A DNA stretch of 64,000 nt from Octopus vulgaris (Eukaryota). The stretch is from the NCBI GenBank assembly GCA_951406725.2, contig OX597823.1, forward strand, positions 10,106,001 to 10,170,000, in the 5' to 3' direction. Shown here piece after piece: positions 55,120 to 64,000 of the stretch. The number at the start of each line of letters is the position of its first letter. Positions within the stretch are counted from its first letter, which is position 1. The notes under the pieces were generated by a model. The model ran no database searches. It had not been told where the DNA came from and saw nothing but the letters and a program-made list of their open reading frames with translations. A program made the translations under genes and the position numbers.

Positions 55120-57184
55120 TGGTAAAATTCACAGACATTATCAGAAGCTGAACTTCTTCAGCAACATACAAATATATAATGTCTATACGCATTCTACAAC
55201 GATGGACAACAACAGCTAAAATCTATGCGCAATTTACAAAAGCTAGGCCTTGCAAAAATTGATCTAATTATCTTTGGTAGTAACGTAATTTATAACAACC
55301 GAAATTGCTTATCAAAGGCAAGGTTTTCTTGTTTTAATGAGTTTACCAAAGTTCACTGATTACATGGGTGCACCGCCGTTTCGTTTTGCTGCAGATAAGT
55401 GTTAGAAAATCTGGGACTGTGCTGCACTTAGATAATAGCGACCTGTATAAAGTAGCTTTAACAAAAATGATTATCGGACTAATTTGCTCCTATTCACCGA
55501 AATTCTCTACAACCACAGGCCTATTAGCGTAGTCGAGGAGAGCACTTCTTTGCTTTTACACAACCTGCTAGAAATAGCATCAAAATATCTCCCAAATCAA
55601 TTACTACCGTCTTGAAACGAAAAGATAATGGCGTGTTGAATTGTGCAATTTGTGACACAGTTTGATAGAAACAGACAAACGGGTAAGTCCATGCTGGAGT
55701 TTTCTTTTTTTTTTATCATTAGTCAGCTCAATAGGGATGACCTGGTGCGAAAGAACAAAAACCAATACCTACAGAAAGAGTTATATTCTTCTTTGTTCTT
55801 GATTGTAGCAACAATTTCTAATATCAGTTGATAAGCTGCGTGCTACCCTAAAGTATATACTCTCAATTCAGCCACTTTCCAATCCCTTTGTCTTTTATGA
55901 TAAAATTATTCCATCCTTGCAATTAACCCAAACCATTCTCTGCCGTAAATTTATCAAGCACCTTTTCCATAGATTAAGGATAAACATAAATTGTCAAGGT
56001 CGAATTTCTACATATGCACTGACTTACCATGAGAGAAGGGCATGAGATTTAGGCATGGCTGTATTTTTTAATGAAGGTGGTTTCACAATCCTATTGTCCC
56101 GCGCTTGATTTTATTACGAGAAATGTTTCTGGCGGATCTAAATTTTGCCAGCTGACTGTGGTAAAATTCACAGACATTATCAGAAGCTGAACTTCTTCAG
56201 CAACATACAAATATATAATGTCTATACGCATTCTACAACGATGGACAACAACAGCTAAAATCTATGCGCAATTTACAAAAGCTAGGCCTTGCAAAAATTG
56301 ATCTAATTATCTTTGGTAGTAACGTAATTTATAACAACCGAAATTGCTTATCAAAGGCAAGGTTTTCTTGCTTTAATGAGTTTACCAAAGTTCACTGATT
56401 ACAAGGGTGCACCGCCGTTTCGTTTTGCTGCAGATAAGTGTTAGAAAATCTGGGACTGTGCTGCACTTAGATAATAGCGACCTGTATAAAGTAGCTTTAA
56501 CAAAAATGATTATCGGACTAATTTGCTCCTATTCACCGAAATTCTCTACAACCACAGGCCTATTAGTGTAGTCGAGGAGAGCACTTCTTTGCTTTTACAC
56601 AACCTGCTAGAAATAACATCAAAATATCTCCCAAATCAATTACTACCGTCTTGAAACGAAAAGATAATGGTGTGTTGAATTGTGCAATTTGTGACACAGT
56701 TTGATAGAAACAGACAAACGGGTAAGTCCAAGCTGGAGTCTTCTTTTCTTTATCATTAGTCAGCTCAATAGGGATGACCTGGTGGGAAAGAACAAAAACC
56801 AATACCTACAGAAAGAGTTATATTCTTCTTTGTTCTTGATTGTAGCAACAATTTCTAATATCAGTTGATAAGCTGTGTGCTACCCTAAAGTATATACTCT
56901 CAATTCAGCCACTTTCCAATCCCTTTGTCTTTTATGATAAAATTATTCCATCCTTGCAATTAACCCAAACCATTCTCTGCCGTAAATTTATCAAGCACCT
57001 TTTCCATAGATTAAGGATAAACATAAATTGTCAAGGTCGAATTTCTACATATGCACTGACTTACCATGAGAGAAGGGCATGAGATTTAGGCATGGCTGTA
57101 TTTTTTAATGAAGGTGGTTTCACAATCCTATTGTCCCGCGCTTGATTTTATTACGAGAAATGTTTCTGGCGGATCTAAATTTTG
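55120..57184. repeat. Direct tandem duplication of ~1.03 kb (55120-56147 and 56159-57184)
   Basis: Near-identical copies with a few substitutions and indels; 11-bp junction ccagctgactg. Confidence 0.95.
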
Positions 57185-57851
57185 TGACTGAAATCTGGTA
57201 GATAAATCCTTCCTGATTGTTACGAATTTTTTAACACGAAGTGACTGCCTTTCTTCATCTGAATCGTCCCCAAAGGTACAACTTTGTTATGTTCACGGAC
57301 AAAGAGAACTCATACTTCGTGGGGTGTTCAGGGATATAAAAACGTCATCACGCCACTCAGGATGAAAAAGAAATACATGAAGTAGTAGTAATAGTAGTAA
57401 GGATATATGTGTATAAATGTATTTATACATGCTTACACATATATTCCTATGCGTGTGCATGTGTGTGTGTAAGTGTGAGTATGTGTATGTGTGTAAGAGT
57501 TTGTGTGTAAGTGTGTGTGTGTGTGTGTGTACGAACCTTAACGTGATTAAATAGCTGCACCAGTATTGTATTATATATTGATTTCACGTCTGTGAATTGT
57601 CATGTAAAATAAGAGATTGAAATAAATTTCAGCAGCATTGATGCTTTAATAATTTTGAAACCAAAAGATTGTAGATAATCAATAGTTAACTACTATATTA
57701 TTTATTATTACCAATACACAGACCTTTATGAATGTTGATAGTATTCTGTTCTATTGTTGCGCATAATATACAAGCATACATACTCATATACATATACATA
57801 CACATATGTATATGTGTGTTTATGAGAATGTGTGTTTGTATGTGTGTGTGA

Positions 57852-57882
<31 letters not shown>

Positions 57883-58279
57883 AATATGCTTCGTGATGTA
57901 AACAGGAAAATAGAACTCGAAGCATGAGTGTGTGTGTGTGTATACATATATATGTATGTGCCTCTGTGAGTGTGTGTCTGTGTGTATGCATGGGACAAGA
58001 ACGCAAAACAACCAGACAGCTAGATGATACAGAAAAGGGACAACAAAAAAGGGACAACAAAACACCCAGATGGATGATACAGAAAAGGGACAAGAAAAAA
58101 CAAGAACGGGTCAGTTGTAGTTTTCTTTCCTCAGTCGAGTTCCAGATTATCTTTGCAATTTCGGCTGGTTATACTCGAGATTGCTCCAATCTTGCCAGAA
58201 AAACTAAGCTAAGAGCATTAGATTCCTTGGAAGAAAATAGCGAATGTATACGAAAACAAGGACGGAAAAAAATCGGAGA

Positions 58280-58431
58280 AATGTTACACAAATACAAAAG
58301 CAAATATCAGGACATAACAACAGGAGACTTTCGACTAAGGACGAATCACACACGGCAGCTTACATTGATTCGTCCTTAGTCGAAAGTCTCCTGTTGTTAT
58401 GTCCTGATATTTGCTTTTGTATTTGTGTAAC

Positions 58432-58434
<3 letters not shown>
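58280..58434. repeat. Perfect palindrome (69-bp arms, 17-bp spacer) ending in (TA)n
   Basis: 58280-58348 is the reverse complement of 58366-58434. Confidence 0.93.
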
Positions 58435-58498
<64 letters not shown>

Positions 58499-58982
58499 TA
58501 TATATACATATATATGCGTGGGTGTACGTTTGTATATATGTATTGTGCATATACATGTGCGTGTGTGAGTGCATTTGTATGCATACCTCTGTCTCCTTGT
58601 GTTTGTGTGTGTATGTGTGTGAATATAGTCATGTGTTTCAGTGTTCATTAGACTATGCATGTGTGTAAGTGTGTGTGTACTTGTTAGTCCGTATTACCTA
58701 TGTACCTATCTATTTGTTTACTTACATATCCATTTACACACACACACATGTTAATTGAGGTAAATGACCTCATTAAGGGATAAAAAAATATCCAATGAAT
58801 TATTGGTTTGCTGCCTTCATTTTTTTTTTTGTGAATAGTAATATTCCTTAAGTAATAGGTTGAAGTATACATCCTGGTTTATAAATATGCAAGTTGTAAT
58901 TCAAAATATGGACATGTAACATTAATAGAATTTTTGTAGTTAATAAATTATATTGATGTGACATCTCCATTTTCTAAGTATG

Positions 58983-59025
<43 letters not shown>

Positions 59026-59050
59026 AGGTTTGGAGATGATGTACAGGTAT

Positions 59051-59403
59051 TATATATTAGAAGAAATGAGGTAATCAGAAGATCGGATGGTTTATATTTA
59101 CAGATATTTATTTATATATTACATTTTTTACATATATATCATATCATTTGGATCATTAGCACCTCCTCCTCATCTACCTCACCCTCTTGTGCTGTCTTGT
59201 TCCTCCCCACCACTATGAAACTCTATAAAATGATTAAAATTACCCACAAAGTAATTATTTTGATTTGAAAACCCCACTAGAATGGGAGAAAGCGCTAATG
59301 ATCTAAATGATATGATATATATGTAAAAAATGTAATATATAAATAAATATCTGTGATTATAAACCATTCGATCTTCTGATTACCTCATTTCTTCTAATAT
59401 ATA
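59051..59403. repeat. Inverted repeat (110-bp arms, ~130-bp spacer) between (TA)n tracts
   Basis: 59051-59160 vs 59294-59403. Confidence 0.88.
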
Positions 59404-59620
59404 TATATATAATAAATATTAGGGAATAAATCCAAACTTACAGGGAAAAATCAGATTTAGGATTGAATCCAATTTTATAGTAAAATATTATATTATATTA
59501 AATTAGAGACAAAACCACTATTAGGCAAATCATACAATGAAAAACTTAATCCAATACATAAGATTATTTAATTTATATTATTTAAATAACAAAATTATTA
59601 AAAAAATATAATTAATATAA

Positions 59621-59684
59621 CACTACGATCGTTTCATGGCTGTTAATTTCTTTAAAATTTCAAATCACAGTCATTCATCAGGTG
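59621..59684 (-). ncRNA. Minimal type I hammerhead ribozyme motif, canonical core
   Basis: cac-CTGATGA-atgactgtgattt...aattaacagccat-GAAA-cgatcg-TA-gtg; palindromic stem III ACGATCGT, GUA site. Confidence 0.7.
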
Positions 59685-59820
59685 GTTTAAATATTTATCT
59701 TGGCGAGGTTTAAACAATGAATACCGTTACTTTAGTGCTACAAACTACCCACAAATGTCTATGGTGGCTAAATATATGTACATATAATTGTTTAAACCTC
59801 GCCAAGATAAATATTTAAAC

Positions 59821-59884
59821 CACCTGATGAATGAATGTGACTTGAAAATTTAAAGAAATTAACAGCCATGAAACGATCGTAGTG
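59821..59884 (+). ncRNA. Minimal type I hammerhead ribozyme motif, canonical core (mirror copy)
   Basis: cac-CTGATGA(59824-59830)...GAAA(59870-59873)-cgatcg-TA-gtg. Confidence 0.65.
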
Positions 59885-60007
59885 ATATATTAATTATATT
59901 TTTTTAATAATTTTGTTATTTAAATAATATAAATTAAATAATCTTATGTATTGGATTAAGTTTTTCATTGTATGGATTTGCCTAATAGTGGTTTTGTCTT
60001 TAATTTA

Positions 60008-60075
<68 letters not shown>

Positions 60076-60473
60076 TATATATATACATACATGTATATTT
60101 GAATATTAGTGTGTATATATATATATGTATACACACACACACGCACACATATATATATATTTAATTATATGTACATATATTTAGCCACCATAGACATTTG
60201 TGGCTAGTTTGTAACACTAAAGTAACGGTATACGAACACTGTATTCTCTTAGTCTAAAATTTATTATGTCTCTTTCTTGTGAGACTTTACGGGCAAAATT
60301 TCAAAGAACATTTAAATTGGGTGAAGAAATCAGGAAAACCTTTAGAAAATTTCTTGCAAATTAATTGAGGATATTACATATTAAATTTGTGAACTGATTT
60401 ACAAAGCATTCTTCAGGTTTTAAACCTGTGGTTAATTTCTCATTGTTGCTTACTGCATATTATGTTCATCAGT

Positions 60474-60856
60474 GGAGGCGCAATGGCCCAATGGTTAGGG
60501 CAGCGGACTCGCGGTCGTAGGATCGCGGTTTCGATTCCCAGACCGGGCGTTGTGAGTGTTTATTGAGCGAAAACACCTAAAAGCTCCACGAGGCTCCGGC
60601 AGGGGATGGTGGTGTTCCCTGCAGTACTCTTTCACCACAACTTTCTCTCACTCTTACTTCCTGTTTCTGTTGTACCTGTATTTCAAAGAGCCGGCCTTGT
60701 CACTCTCTGTGTCACGCTGAATATCCCCGAGAACTACGTTAAGGGTACACGTGTCTGTGGAGTGCTCAGCCACTTACACGTTAATTTCACGAGCAGGCTG
60801 TTCCGTTGATTCGGATCAACCGGAACCCTCGTCGTCGTAACCGACGGAGTGCTTCC
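60474..60856 (+). mobile_element. OR-like tRNA SINE, tail type B, full length
   Basis: tRNA head with A/B boxes; imperfect TSD attatgttc..cagt. Confidence 0.9.
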
Positions 60857-61454
60857 GCATTATGTTCTGCAGTAGCAGTTCACCGCCTGATCTTCTCATA
60901 GTAATATGACCACAACTTTTCATTGATATTGATATTTTCTAAGACACCGTTTCTGAACAGTATTCATGCTATTTCCTTTATGGTTCTTGTTTACGATTAG
61001 ATCGACATTAATTTAGTAAGTCTGTAATGAAAGTCATTCAAGCATTGACAAATCCATCATATTATGTTACTGACATTCATATATTACATCATTCAACGTG
61101 AATTTTTTTATGCGAAGACGAAAGTCTACGTTTTAAAGAAGATATGCCTGATATTTGGAACAGCTTGAGTGACCAGAAAGAGAAAATCGGTGATATATCG
61201 CAGGACCCAGAGATTAAACCTCGTGGATTCAATTTTTCAACCAGAGACGTGTTAAGTCTTTCAACAAAGCATTTCATTTCACATTGTGCCAGCCTATGCA
61301 GCAATAATGAATACCAACTATGTACTGGTGCCGCGCATCCTAGCTCCAGCTATTGCATCCTTGATATGAAGGAGACAAGATGGTGTCCATTTCTGCTCGC
61401 GAATTCATAGGCAGTGAAAATATTCTTTTCTACTCTAGACACAAAGGAGGAGGC

Positions 61455-61802
61455 CAGTCGATTAATTCATCGATTCCGAAAGGATGAAAGGCAAAGTCGA
61501 CCTCGGCGGAACTTAAACTCAGAACGTAAAGACAGACGAAATACCGCTAAGCGTTTCGCCCGGCATGCTAACGTTTCTTATTTCTTTATTGTCCCATAGA
61601 GGGGACAAACAAGTACAGACAAAGGGATTAAATCGATTACATCAAATCCAGTGCGTAACTGGTACTTAATTTATCGACCCCAAAAGGATGAAAGGCAAAG
61701 TCGAACTCGGTGGAATTTGAACTCAGAACTTAGCGATAGAAGAAATACTTAGCGGCATTTCGTCTGCCGGCGTGCTAACGTTTCTGCCAACTCGCCGCCT
61801 TA
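61455..61802 (-). mobile_element. tRNA SINE with Meta-like domain, duplicated body
   Basis: Two successive reverse-complement matches to the 26484 family. Confidence 0.82.
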
Positions 61803-64000
61803 TAGACAGTGAATCTATTACTGAAAGTCTGCTACATTTTATTCAGTCATACAGCCTTTCGAATGATAGGTCACTGCACTGTTTAGTAGAGAAACCGAAT
61901 TTTGAAAAGTGACTGCTCATCTGTGGTTCTTGCTTTCAAGCTGCTTCGAAAGTAGACATTTGTACAGATAAGGCGCCAGTTTCTTCAACTGAATCATTTC
62001 TAGAAAGTCCTGTATATATTTCGATCATTTTCACGGGAATTTTAAACTCATCCTTCTGGGCTTTGTTATGTTAGTACACATTTAAAGTTACTATTTGAGT
62101 AGAATCTAAACCTCGATTGCTTACCTCCATTCATTCAGCAACGCGAGACTAGACTCAACAAAATCAATGTTAATTACGTGTAGAAGATAAGAATTGATGC
62201 TTGTATTATCTTAATATTCTTGTAAAAGTGTGTGTGTGTGTGCGCACGCGAGTGCCTATATGCGTACTTCTGTGGATGTTGGTACGAGTAACTATGTATG
62301 CGTTTTCCTGTCTCTGTATTAGAATGCCGCAAAGCATCAGTTGAATTCCAGAGTAGTGATTCACTGACATTTCAATCTGTTTCTTTTGAGTCTATTCTAT
62401 TTATTCTTATGCTTCATATTTGATATTTCCAGTCGTAGTAAGTAGACGCATAATGGAGTGAATTTCCTACTCCTACCCCGTTCTTTACACTTTATAACCT
62501 GCTACGTGTTCAGAACCGTCACCTGAAAACGAAAATTTTCTGTAATTTTCTAATGCCTACGAAAGGATATTTTTGGTTACTATATAACAGCGAAGGCCTA
62601 GTTCAATTCCCAGATCAGGCAACTTAGTGGGTTCTTGAACGAGGGACTTCATGCCGCGTTACTCCAGTCTATTCTTCTACAAATGTGTTCAACTAGATGC
62701 TAAAGATTTCATCTCTCCTTCAAACAGCCGCATTATCAATATTCCACTGAGTCAAGAATAAAAGGGTCAAAAAAGGCCCATGTATTCTCGCGACTAAATA
62801 CATGCCTAAAACAATTATCGAAAGCGTGGTATGTGCTGTTAATTCGTTCATACTGACGGCAATGCCTTTATGACTGTACGATACTGTCTATGTGCGAACA
62901 TCTTTGTACACATCTGATAGAACAGATTACATTTTTTTCTCTCAGATGATAAACAAGAAGTACCTCTTAAAACTAGGAACTCCTACCATGAGAACTTCAG
63001 TGTATACGTCTGGATGACACAGACCTCCAACTCTTTCCTTGGATTTTGCTTCTTTATAAGTTGTGTCTATAAAATAAGAGGTTTTTAAGACCGAATACAG
63101 AGAATACTGAGAATTCAAGTGAAAGATTAGTTTTCGTAACATGTCAGTGACATATCATAGTTTCTCTTACCAAAAGCCATGAGGTTTGTCAACCATTACC
63201 ACCGAACTTAAATTATCATTAGAAGTCAGCTCTAATGGCACAAATCTATGATGAAAGCCATTCAAACTATGATCACTCCATCTTCCGAGACGGCCCATCA
63301 AGTATTTCACTATGTAATGTGCCCCTCTAGTTAAATGGAGTCACTTTCCTGTTACCACTCCACCAGACAATCTATATCTTGATGCATACCATAGCATACC
63401 TCATAGACTCTGTAGAGTGTAAGTTAAAGGGAATATTCCTTCATTATTCTTCATTCAGTTTTTAATTATTTTCATTCAATATGCCTGTAGAATCATCTAG
63501 TTTAAGATGTGTTTCTCGTGTTGCAAAACATTGAACAATATTTCTAACAGTCTGAACAACCCTGCAGAGAAGACGTTTGCATTGTTTCATTGAATCCTGT
63601 CCTAGCACGTGATTAACTGCATAGGGTGTTCCACACATGTTCTTAATATTCTAGGTTCAATTCTTGGAAAGTGAGACGCATTGTGTTGATGAACGAGACA
63701 TATCTTTCACTTCACTCCTGCAACTCAACTATAATGAGTAAAAGCTGGGTATTGGAATAGGCCTATCTCCATCCAGCTATAATATCTAGAATGTTCTGCT
63801 AAGATTAGTTCGTCACATGATTACGTAGACTGTCCAAACAACTGCTGTGGCACAGATAGTGTATTGAAACTACTGATTTTTTCGTTTACAAAATACAGTT
63901 TCTGCTACAAGAAAAGTTAGCTAGTATGGAGTAGCTACTTATCCAAGGACTATATGTTTCTCCTCCTTTTTAATGATTATCAAAATAAATTCATGCACCA

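Larger units (their letters stand above)
59490..60016. repeat. Inverted repeat (~230-bp arms, 68-bp spacer) carrying hammerhead motifs
   Basis: 59490-59718 vs 59787-60016; the spacer recurs inverted at 60163-60231. Confidence 0.92.

Noticed and set aside
62946-63088. Possible terminal coding exon after tttttttctctcag (DKQEVPLKTRNSYHENF...)
   Set aside because: No recognisable protein similarity or partner exons; it would need RNA-seq support.

Overview
AT-rich, microsatellite-dense eukaryotic DNA with no convincing host protein-coding exon. The repeat content (tRNA-derived SINEs resembling the octopus OR/CORE families, RTE/CR1/Tx1 LINE fragments, Tc1/mariner, hAT and Helitron relics) suggests an intronic or intergenic region of an octopus or other coleoid genome; this is an inference. 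Almost all long ORFs are microsatellite artefacts. The main signal is RNA-structural. At 41123-43336 there is a young array of about six near-identical, highly structured 360-bp units. They form two divergent arms inside a (TA)n tract, and each unit carries a type I hammerhead-ribozyme-like motif, resembling a retrozyme or Penelope-mobilised circular RNA. More than ten further minimal hammerhead-like motifs are scattered across the window. Most lie in palindromic insertions whose 3' ends run into (TA)n, and several unrelated ones share a non-canonical CCGANGA core with a mismatched stem II closing pair. All structures were read by eye; catalytic activity is untested.
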